This document shows positions 42,517-54,239 of a stretch of 64,000 nt of DNA, one piece after another. This DNA comes from Adineta vaga (Eukaryota > Animalia > Rotifera). Location: the NCBI GenBank assembly GCA_021613535.1, contig CP075495.1, positions 4,278,001-4,342,000 of the forward strand, written 5' to 3'. The position numbers and the translations under genes are program-made. Below the pieces are notes generated by a model. The model was given only the letters and a program-made list of their open reading frames with translations, was not told where the DNA came from and did not search any database. Every line of letters starts with the position of its first letter. Position 1 is the first letter of the stretch.

Positions 42517-45329
42517 TTAAGCATTCTGCTGATTATTCGTTAAAAGTTCAAAACAACGTGTATTTCCATGCAATTGTGCTGATTGAGCCGGTGTTTCATT
42601 CATTTTGTTCTCCTGTTTCAATAGATTGTTTTTCAATTTTTCAGACAGAATTGCTAAGATACTTTCAATTGCTTCAGCACCTGCATCTTCTTTCACATTT
42701 GCAAGTAAATGTAACATATTGTTACCATCATTATCTTTCGCTTCAATCACATCTTCTCGTTCCTTCACAATCAACTCAATCACTTGCCATTCATTACATC
42801 TTGCACCAACTAATAATACTGTTTCGCCATTTCCATTTCTTTTCTCTAACAGATTATTTGGTTCACGCATATTAGCCACTTGTTGAATTATCGTCGATAC
42901 TAATGGAATATATCCATGTTCAATAGCATCATGTAATGGTGGTGGATTTTCGTCACAGGTTGATAATAGAACACGAGTTCGCCGAAATAGTTTTGATGGA
43001 TCATTTGTTCGAACAAATGCGACTAATGCTTCTTGTAATTGATTGAGATATTTATCGAACTTAGCAGAACTATCTATCAGTTGAGAGAAGAGAAAGAGTG
43101 AGATGAAGTATTGTGAATAGGATGCAATGTGTCACAAACCATCGGTTGTTGTTGTTGTTGCCATTCTTGCTCTTGTTGTCGACGCAAATGATGGTTCTTT
43201 GTTTTTCTGATGAAAAAAATAAAAAGTATAGGCGAACATGATGGACAATAAAGAGAGAAGAGAACAAACCTCGTCAAGTGTGAGTTTACTCATGTTTTGA
43301 ATGATATCACCACCAGAGTCATCCTCACAGAAAAGGTCGGACCCACATCGTCTTTTATTGCTATTGTACAGCTGATTTGACACCGTTCTCTGTCGACAAT
43401 TTGGACACTCATACATGATTATTTTCCTCGCTAAAACACATATTGGTTAAAGCAGATCGATAGATCCACATACTAAAATGACATACGTGTCACATATGTA
43501 AAATCAATGGGAGCCAAATCGAAACCATCTTCATTAATGATCATTTCCACTTTAATATCTTGATCTCCAATAGGAAGTGAACATGGTGGTGCCAAAAACG
43601 AGAATGTTTTCTGATCCACAACAGAGATCTTATCGACACGTATTAATCGATTTAAACCAAAATTAAATAAAATATAATAGCCTTCAAAAATAATCAAGAA
43701 ACTTATTTGAGTATGAGAAAAATACAAACCAACTAACTTATCTTTTTGATGAGGTGTGGCATAACAACTAATATTTCATCGCCACCTCGATAATCAGCTT
43801 TTTTTGGTACACATTTGATTGAAGTAGACGTTATGTGATCAGGACAATTCGTATTTGATCCTTAAGAAAGGAAAAGAAAAACTCTATCACCATCTTCGCA
43901 CATTTATACGTACTTGCTCTATCTGTTGTTATATCAGTCATAACGTCAGATTCAATCGATGTGTGCCATTGTGGAGTTGGATACGGTTCACAATCTAATC
44001 GTTCAGCAATTGTAAAGAAAAGTTGAGACTTTCCCAACTGATATGTCTCAATAGTTTGTTTAACATTTTGTGAATTTTCAATACGTTGTTCATTCGATGA
44101 ACCTAAATATACGAAATTAGTATCGTATATTGTATCAATATAATATCTTAGTTGTTCCTACGATTGAATAGTATCATAGATCGATACGATCGTAATTCTT
44201 CTTGTCTCTTTTTAATTATAGTCAGTCGAAAACTAAACATATATATATAAGCATATGTCAAAACTAACGAGAAACAAAATCATAAATGTAACCATTACCT
44301 TTTTTCACCGGACTTCATCTCCTTGTCATTGACACGAAAATAGAGAGTATTTTGTTGAGATGCATGTTCAAAAGTATCATTATCTATTGAACTAAGCTCA
44401 TATGGATGAATATAATGATTATGTACTGTATCACTAGTTACAGTAACAAGATTAACTTGAATATATATTTTCCGATCTAAAGAACGCCACGCGTCTGGAA
44501 TCTAGTTTTTACAAAGAAAAAAGATTTGATTAGTTATGAAATTGTATAAGATACGATAAATAGTAAATTTATATTATTTCAAATTAAACTTTGAAATAAA
44601 TACTTTATTATTGTTCCATGTATTTTGAGGAAAACTACACATACCCTAATAGTTGGATATTGATGCATTCTGCTTCTTTGTCCTGTACGAATAAAACGAT
44701 TTGGTTGACTATTTTGATTGCCTTGTTCGCAAACATAACGTCCACGATAAAGTGGTTTTGGTTGAGCTATTACTTTAAGTTGTTCATTGTTGGATCGATC
44801 GAATGCGTTTTGTAAAGGAGCCATAATTAAAGGACTCGTTTGCGGTTGCTGATTATTCAAATCAGAAAGTAAATCATTGAAACTATCATCAATACCTTCT
44901 AATCCTTCTGCAGAAACAGCATCGGAAGCAAAGCCTGATGAACTTGAAGAACTTTGACTGTCTGAGATAGGAAATTCGAGACTATTCGTATTTGTAGTAT
45001 CGTTATCTAAAATGTGTATATAGATTATTTAAATAACAAAAAAAAATTAATGAATTATTGCACGTACTCGTATTATTATTATTATTATAAAAAAATGCAT
45101 CTAAATCTTAAAATAGAATTTAAAAATCAATTTTTTTAATATCAATCAAATCTACTTTCTAATTCGGTAAAATGCTCTGGTTCCACGTTTAATAAATCTG
45201 GTTCTAGTAGAAGTATGCTATCGGCTATATCTTGATACAGTAACAAATCTGTTTCTATCGAAAGAAAGATTATACAATAAATTAACTCTACTTGAATGAA
45301 TAAATACCCGAATAGTTTAAGCCAGCCAT
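42517..45329 (-). CDS. R8: NF-kB p105/p100-like protein, subfamily C
   Basis: LKVIAQPKPLYRGRYVCEQG...YPTIR; HYIHPYEL; IPT KCVPKKADYRGGDEILV...FSFLAPPC; CPNC; NKRR; pre-ankyrin helix; ankyrins GETVLLVGARCN, GNNMLHLLA and NETPAQSA. Confidence 0.87.
42673..43280. repeat. Near-identical dispersed duplicate, copy 1 (partner 49834-50440)
   Basis: Nucleotide-level near identity with 49834-50440, including introns. Confidence 0.93.
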
Positions 45330-46366
45330 TTTGTTCGTTGTGCAATTTTGATAAACAATTTTTGATGGTATGTTAGAGCGAATAATGTTCCTTCCGCTTT
45401 TATACGAGGAAGATTTAGATAAACGTAATTGCAAGCAGTATTTCTTTTTAGCTCATGACGTGCTGGAACTTTCCCCAGACAGAACGAAAGAAAAACAATA
45501 CAATGCGATACATGCGAAATAACAAAATATAGGTCTCTCTCGATAAGATAAGAACATTAGTAGAGAGACGTCCGAGCAGCATACAAAACACGATGGTATA
45601 CATTACTGAATAGATTCAGGTCATGCTTGTAATCAAAGAAAAGGATAAAGTTTAAGATAGTATTAAGTATATCAAGTACTTTTTACAATAACGGGAAATA
45701 AGATTAGAATAGAAGTAATGAACAATTCAGTGATGTTTCGTTGTTATTTAGCTCTGCTGAATACTGATGAGTACGATAAGTAGCTGAATATAGTGTTTAA
45801 TCTTTTTACAATTTGAATCATACATAAGAAATTTAATATAGATCGATCGATGCATTTGATATTTGTCAGTAGACTATGAACTTTGAAAGATCAATATATA
45901 TTTGGCACATTTCATATGAAAAACATGATTACTGAAGATAATATTATAATAAAAGAGAAAGTATCAGCTAGAGATGTGCTTCTGATTGAGAGAAACACAT
46001 TGGTAAATATTTGATTCATTCATTTATATCATATTAGAATATTAGACAAGAAAACCTTTTCATGTTGTCTATTGGAATTATATACTTATTTCCAGCATGT
46101 TCTTACATATAAAATTGTTTTTTTATTTTCTCTTTTTGTTTCATATGACTATTTTGATGAGAAACTTGATAAGGATCACTTTTTTTCATGCAATTTTATT
46201 GGTTCGTATCAATTTAAATGCCATCATTTAATCACATAAAATCAAAATACATAAACATAGATGGAAAAGTTGGGAGAAGAGTAGGATTACAAAACATCAA
46301 AGCATCATATTCCTGAATAAAATAAAGAAAGACCGGGTTCAGACAAAACAATCTTGTGAAAGAACA

Positions 46367-49362
46367 TTATTCATTCTCTGCATCATCATCATCATCATCA
46401 TCCGACGAACTTGTATCGTCGGAAATGTGTTGTAGAGGATAAATTGTTTGTAAATATTCCGTTATATCATCAAGATGTAGTGATTGCGCTAATTCCATTG
46501 GTGTCATAGTTAAATTACTTTGATTACCAATTTGATCTAATTTTCCGTCTTCAATTAAATATTTAATCATTTCTAAATCACTGTAACGAACAGCAAGATG
46601 AATGAGATTATCACCAGTTTGATTCTTTAATTCCTGTACATTGTTTTTGAAATATTTCAGAATATTTTTTGTAACTAATAGATTATTCTTTGAAATACTT
46701 AATTGTAATGGAGTTCGATGATCTTGATTTGGATGATCGAATTTTTCTTGAATTGAAAATGATTTTTTCAAACAATAATCAACTATTAAATCAATTATTT
46801 CAGTTGATATTGAATATAATGCCATGATATGAAAAATATTATTTTCCTTTTCATCTGTACAGTTCATCAATTCTTCCGAATCTATTTTCTCTAATAATAA
46901 TTTAACTATTTCTACATGATTGAGTCGAACAGCATGTAAAAGTGTATTTTCGCCCATATTGTTTTGGTTTTGAAGAATATCAATAGAAGCAATAGGAATA
47001 AATTTGGATAAAATATCAATATGATTTTTACTAATAGCAACATGTAATGATTGAGGTTGTTTTTTGATAAAAGTACGAGATAAACGAAGAAGTGGACCAT
47101 CATCATTATTTATAAATAATGACTCCACAACTTTAGAAAGTATTTGCATAATTCCATCCTTAGGATTTTCATTGACTTGAGTAGTTTGTATTGGTGAGAC
47201 AGGAGCTGAAATAATAATACAAATGAAAAGTATATCTTGACATTTATTCTCTGGAAGTATATTCGAATGAAGAATAAGACAGCGCTGCTTACCAGAGTTT
47301 GAAACTGTTCCTGCCGCTGCTGCTGCTGTTGTTGTTGTTGATGATGATTCAGGTAACTATGCGAAATATATAGTTTTTTCGAATGCATTGTGAAAAATGG
47401 AGATGTAACTTACAGGTTCAGATAATGATTCATGAAGTTTAGGAGAATTACCATCATTAGGTACAACACCATCATCCATATAAAACATATCAGACGCCAT
47501 ACGTTTATTTGGTCTGTTTGGTGTTGCATTATTTTGATTTATGATAGCATTCAATTGACAATTTGAACATTGATTTACTAGTAAAGCGAAACAAAAGACG
47601 AATATTTTATTTGAAGGAAAAATATTGACATTATTCCTTAAATTACCTGTTGGCATATAAAAATATGATATAGTTCCTATTTCACGAGTATCTTGTCGAA
47701 GGATAATATTCACCGGAATGATTTCATTGAATTGAAAAGGAAATATAGGTATTTTAAATGAGACAATTTGATCTTTGATAGTCAGATCGTTAACTGGTTG
47801 TGACCAATGTGGATTGACAGTATCACATTCGAATATCACTTTTAATACTGTAAAATGTAGTTTAAAAATAATAATTTCAAATCATAATCAATTCTATTTT
47901 ACTCACCTCCATATTTTTTTGGTTCAAGTTTTTTATCCGTCAAGATAATAATCATCTCTTCGGAATGTGTATTTAGACTGTACCGAGGTGCATACTTATA
48001 CACACGACAAAGAGGGACAGATGTATTTGTTCTATTGTTTACTGGTTGAGTATTATTTTCCGAATCTTTTCCTTTCGAATCAATTTCTATCATAATTTCA
48101 GAGAAAGCAGTAGTTTCTAGAAATGGAGTTATACATAATGTTTGATCTTGATCGACTTCTTTTTTAACAATAGTAAATGCTAGTTGACTTTTTTCAAGAC
48201 TATATCCTTTCTTCAATTGTTTTGGCGGGAGTTGTTGTGATTGAGCATTATCTTGTACATTTGAATCTAAATTCCAACAACAAGATAATTAATTCTTTCT
48301 TTTTGTCATTCAGTTTTCATATTTACAAACCATAACAATCGAATATTCGTAAATCTCCATACGCTTTCAATTCATTCTGTAATTTCTTTACAATTCGTAT
48401 TGATGGAAAGCTACAATATAAAGTTGAATAACTTTAACAATTGATAGAATTCTTCCGTACCTTTTAGTACCAGTTATATAATCTTCTTTCTGAATAGGAA
48501 CATAAACTGAATTATAATATAAATCATTTAATTGATCGTCAGTCGTATGCTCGAGTGAATACGGATGGATATAACGTAGATTAGTTTTATCGTTGATGAC
48601 TGTTACAAGACATACACGAACGTGATATGCTTGATTAGGATCAAGATATTTTTGTGGAATCTAAACAAATAATAGCAAAAGTTAATTCAAATCACACGTT
48701 AAACATACTCGAATAGCTGGTCCATTGTAATTTGAATTTTTAGTACGATTTTTTAATACACCTTGACGTTGATCGTTGTTGTTATAATCAGTTCGATAGC
48801 GTAGTTTTTTTCCATAATATGGTTCAGCAATGATTTCTATTTGTTCAGAATATGATTGCGTTAAAGCAAAGTCTTGAACACCAGCTAAATGAAAAGAAAA
48901 ATTCGTTATGAGAAATTGATTTATTCTAATATACTATTTGATATTTCTTGTTGATTTGAATTCGAGTTATTATCTGGAGAATAACCCGCTGGAGTTTGTG
49001 CATCTAAACCTAGGCTACTAAATCCTGGTGTTAACGGATCGAGATTGAGAAAGTTCTCTAAATCTAAAATAAAAACTTAATCTTAAAGAGATTTTTCTTT
49101 CATTTCCAAACCAGCATTGGTAGTGAAGTCAGAATATTGTCCTATAATGAGAAAAGATTATTAATATAATATTTTTTATTGATATTTCCATACAAAAAAC
49201 TATATTACCTATTGAATCTTCGAAGAATGAGAGCGATGTACTATCGAGAAAATTGGAATCTAGTTCAACAAACCAACAAAACTAAATAGATTATATTCAT
49301 ATATTCTTCTTATTATTACCAGTAGATAAATGGGTACTGCTTTGATTATTTGAACTTGTCAT
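46367..49362 (-). CDS. R9: NF-kB p105/Relish-like protein with full IkB-like tail, subfamily C
   Basis: IEIIAEPYYGKKLRYRTD...GPAIR; RYIHPYSL; YSLEKSQLAFTI; IPT RVYKYAPRYS...EEMIIIL...VSFKIPIFP; CSNC; RPNKR; polyQ; about 6 ankyrins (GENTLLHAV, ENNIFHIMA, HRTPLQLSI, GDNLIHLAV, TMTPMELA); acidic PEST-like end SDDTSSSDDDDDD. Confidence 0.87.
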
Positions 49363-49650
49363 AATGCTGTTTCAATAAATGTAATCTACAATGAAAAATC
49401 TATTTCGATATGAGAATATATATCTCTTTTTTTTCTTTTTATTATTTATACCGAATATATATATACATATATATACATACTGACTTTTTTGAAACAGGGA
49501 AAAAACAAGCTTTGATTTGTTAACACATTTGAGTCATAGAAACAACAGTATTTTCGATAGGTTGATGATTATCGAATGATTTTATTTGAAAAAAATTGAC
49601 AGAAAAACAGAATATGAACATGAAAGAGACACACATAGATTATATTTATC

Positions 49651-52648
49651 TTACAGACTAACTAAATAATTATTGATTTCATTCGAATTTGCCGCTTTGC
49701 TTAATAAACTCAAACATTGGGTATTTTCATGGGATTGTGCAATGTCTTTTGCGACTTGGCTTTTTTTATTTTCTTCTTTTAAAAGTCGCATTTTCACATC
49801 AATAGGTAAAATCTCGAGGAGATTCTTAAGTGTTTCAGCACCTGCATCTTCTTTCACATTTGCAAGTAAATGTAACATATTGTTACCATCATTATCTTTC
49901 GCTTCAATCACATCTTCTCGTTCCTTCACAATCAACTCAATCACTTTCCATTCATTACATCTTGCACCAACTAATAATACTGTTTCGCCATTTTCATTTC
50001 TTTTCTCTAACAGATTATTTGGTTCACGCATATTAGCCACTTGTTGAATTATCGTCGATACTAATGGAATATATCCATGTTCAATAGCATCATGTAATGG
50101 TGGTGGATTTTCGTCACAGGTTGATAATAGAACACGAGTTCGACGAAATAGTTTCGATGGATCATTTGTTCGAACAAATGCGACTAATGCTTCTTGTAAT
50201 TGATTGAGATATTTATCGAACTTAGCAGAACTATCTATCAGTTGAGAGAAGAGAAAGAGTGAGATGAAGTATTGTGAATATGATGCAATGTGTTACATAC
50301 CATCGGTTGTTGTTGTTGTTGCCATTCTTGCTCTTGTTGTCGACGCAAGTGATGGTTCACTTTCCTTCTAATGATAAAAATAAAGAAGATAGGCGAACAT
50401 GATGGACAATAAGGAGAGAAGAGAACAAACCTCGTCAAGTATGATTTCTCTCATCCCTGAAACGATAGCTTCAACAACGGGGATGACGTCATTAGATTCC
50501 CGTGGTCTTTTATTGCTATTGTCTGTTTCTCTTGCCATCATACTTGGCTGACAATTTGGACACGCAATCATAGTAACTTTCACCGCTAAACATAGAAACA
50601 AAATAGAAAGATGAAAGAGTCCTATGTTCGATGAGACGTACGTCTAATATATATGAAGTCGATATAACCTAAGTCAATATCATTCTCATTGATCACCATT
50701 CGTACTGTTAAATCGTGATTACCGACGGGAAATGGACATGCTGGTGCGAAAAAACAGAATGTTTTTTGATCAATAGGTGTGATATTTGTCACTACTATTG
50801 GTTCAGTTAAAGGAAAATCAAATATAATGCTATACGCTGCAAGAATGAAAAGAAATTATTGATAAGTGAAAAAATGAAGTACAACGCACTTTTGTTTTTG
50901 ATTGAATGTGCCATGGTGATTGCTATCTCTTCACCATCTTGCCATTGAGCTTTGCGTGGAATACATTTGATTAAGTTGAGAGCTGTATGATTAGCATGAT
51001 TCCTTGCTAATTCTTAAAGAAGAAAAAGTAGTAATACATTATACCTAAAAGGAAAACTAACGTTTTTTGTCAGCTTCTTCACCAACCATAATTTTAGATT
51101 CAATGGCGGTATGCGGTATGGTAATAGGAATTGGTTGCGAATAAGTTCGTTCAGCAATAGCGAATATAAATTGAAATTTGTGTAATTGATATGTAGCAAT
51201 TATCTCTTTCGGGTTTCCTATGTCTGGAACATGTTGATTGCCAAACAGATCTAAATTTACGACTCTGAATAAGATGATCCCACATTATCTTATAGAATTT
51301 TTCTTGGTTCTCAGAAATCCTATGTAATTGAATGCACTATCTATCTATCAGGTTTTCATATTGCGTCATTCAATCAAAGGAAAGAAGGATTGTGCACGAA
51401 AATCTTTTTTATTGAAGTATATTATGCACATCCTTATCATGAAATTCAATGCATTTTATTATAGAAAGTGGATAACCAATATATATATATCAATTGATAA
51501 AATTCCGAAGAAAATTTCTATCAAGGATATTGCACTGTTGAATTTTATGAAAACGTAGTTGATTCTCATCGCATTTTAGTCTACGCGTAACTTCAATATG
51601 ATTGTGATTGACTATATACTTACTTGTTTCATATTTTCGTAATGGTCCGTATTCTTTCAAATTTTTTTGAAGCATTACTGTTTGAGTTATTTGGAATCTA
51701 AATAGATAGATTTTAGAACAGGTTTAAATCAATATGTATCACTTTACTTTTTCTCACAGGTATTGAATTCTTCCGGTTGAATAGGAAAATACAAAGAATT
51801 GTTACCATCGTCAATGAAGTCATTTCCTTCGGCACCAATTTTATAAGGATGTATATAATGTTCTCGTATTTTATCTGTTGTAATTGTCACTGGTGTGACT
51901 TTAATATATAGTTCTCGTGACAAATCACACCATTTTCGTGAAAACTGTTGAAATAAATTGTAGATATGTAGAAGAACTACTCGCTATTTACCTGAACAGT
52001 TGGATATTCGTATCTAGGATCTGCAAGACCAGTTCGAATAAAACGATGACCTTGCCCATTAGCTGTTTTTGAATCAGTAGCATATCTTAGACGATAAGAT
52101 TCATTTGGTTGTGCGATTATTTTAAGTCGATCACCATTTTCTGCGTCAGATATATTAGGCAAGATGTTTATATTCGAAATTGCGCTTCCTTCATTATGAT
52201 ACGCGGGTGGTGTATCAACATTGTCAAGTTGAGGTAAAGTACCCCCAGGATAATTCTGCAGAAATTCTGTAAAATCGACAGGATATTCAAAATCTTCAAG
52301 AAAAAGTGTTTCTGTAATCGTCGATTGCTGTGGAGAATTGGAACTACTACCATTAGATGTTCCAACACCTTGTGGAGTTAATATTGAATCTACACATAAA
52401 AATATTTTTATGGAAACAAAATTACTTTTGATAAAGTCTTGCATACTTTGCGAATCTAAACAATAATTAAGATTACAAAAAACTTGAATCTTTGTGAAAA
52501 ATACATTTACCAAGAAGCTGGTTTACTGCTTCCATAATTGGCGAAGGTATATCAAGATCCAGGCCTAGTAACAAAAGATAAAAAGATGTATTGTGAAAGA
52601 TTTTTTCGTCAGTGAACAAAATTTACTATCAAGAATATTGTGCGGCAT
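49651..52648 (-). CDS. R10: NF-kB p105/p100-like protein, subfamily C
   Basis: RLKIIAQPNESYRLRYATD...RYEYPTVQ; HYIHPYKI; IPT KCIPRKAQWQDGEEIAI...FCFFAPACP; CPNC; NKRPR; ankyrin exon shared with R8. Confidence 0.85.
49834..50440. repeat. Near-identical dispersed duplicate, copy 2 (partner 42673-43280)
   Basis: Same sequence as 42673-43280 apart from a few substitutions. Confidence 0.93.
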
Positions 52649-54239
52649 TGGTGTAATTGATTGACAGCGTTTTTACGAATAAGGAATACTGAAATAAAAA
52701 AATGTTTGGTAGTCTTCGTATTTAATCTATGTCTGCAAATAGACAAACGAGGTAAGTAGCTTCTTTTTGTAAGATCGACAAAAGCGGAAAGAAAAAAAAC
52801 AACTAAGCATGTGACGAAGAATATTCAGACGAACGAGAAAAAAACAAGACCAAAAGCGTGAGTATAATGTCCGTGGACTTTGAACGCATAGCGAATTGTA
52901 TATGAAAACACAGAATAATTACGTTCCCTAAATGATTTAACAAATGCGCCTATTTTTTTTTCATCATGCAGTATTTTCTTCTATACAAGTTGAAACTCTA
53001 ACATATTAGTTCTTTGTTATACTGTCCAATTGTTAATATGTTTGGCTTACGTTATTAGTTTCTGATTATTTCTCATTTGTAAATCAATAACAAATACAGA
53101 CGTGACGATTTATATTGAGAGAGTAAAGACGGCTTATTCAGAAAGGTGAACGATGAGTAAAATAGGAATTTTTACTTGGTTTACGATTTTCATCTAATAT
53201 GAGTCATTCAATGCACATATGTTGACATAGTATAAAGTCTAATGTAATGTGATTTGAGCGAAGTGATTATTCATTGTGCTAATAACAGAAAAGACAATAT
53301 GTATGTCACAATCGTTTGGAAATCAAATCAAAACTCTAAGTGAGTCACTAAATAGCGTGTAACCTTTTCAACCAATCATATATGTGCAAATATGCAAGGG
53401 AAATAATAATTTTTTCCCGCGAAAATATGCTGATAGTCAAAGGTTACATATTTCATCTTTGATACTTTCATCGTAGTATGAAAATAGATTGAAACACATT
53501 GGACTGAAAGAATAACTAAACATTTAGATTTTTTGAAAAATCAGAGTCATGTGTGAGTTAACTAATAATTCATTATAAATACATTGTTTTTCATTTGATT
53601 AGAGTGAATATTCTCACTTTGATTATGTTAGTTTTTTTTATTGCGTATGTTCTAATACGCAAATATTTACAGAATATACATGTGATCAGATGCACTACTC
53701 CTTCTACGACGTACTTGCTGATATGTTGACTACGAAAAAAAAACATAAGTTTCTCATACATTATCATGTGCTCTATTTTAACATTGAGAATATCTCTGAT
53801 GATAGTTTTATCAGTAAGTAATCTTCTCGAAACAGAAATATAAAATAATTTCAAAGAAATACTAAAATTGATCGAAAAGACTCGATATTTATGGACATTC
53901 AGAAAAAAAAATAGATACGATTTAATTATAACATACTTCGACAAATTGTTATAAATTGATGGGAAATACCAGCTGGATAAATTGATCGTTTAAGTTTACC
54001 TGAAGAACAAAATAAATGAACAATACGAGACAGAAAAGAAAAATAGAAATCGGTTTGTTTTTACTCAGAATTAAACACACCAGTAAGCTTTGAGTAAATA
54101 GACATGAATCAAAAACGAAACGACAAAAAAAATGAAAACAATCAGCTGCAATGAAATATGGAAAATCTTAGGAAACACACGCACACACACACATCTGTTC
54201 GACTAGTGAGTGATATCACAAAAATCGAAACGTTTTGTT

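Noticed and set aside
43831-43912. Apparent premature stop in R8 before the IPT domain
   Set aside because: Using the phase-1 donor GCA A|gtacgt restores the frame into KCVPKKADYRGGDE.
51251-51622. ORFs inside R10 suggesting an insertion or pseudogenisation
   Set aside because: A ~370-nt GT-AG intron joins the flanking exons in frame.
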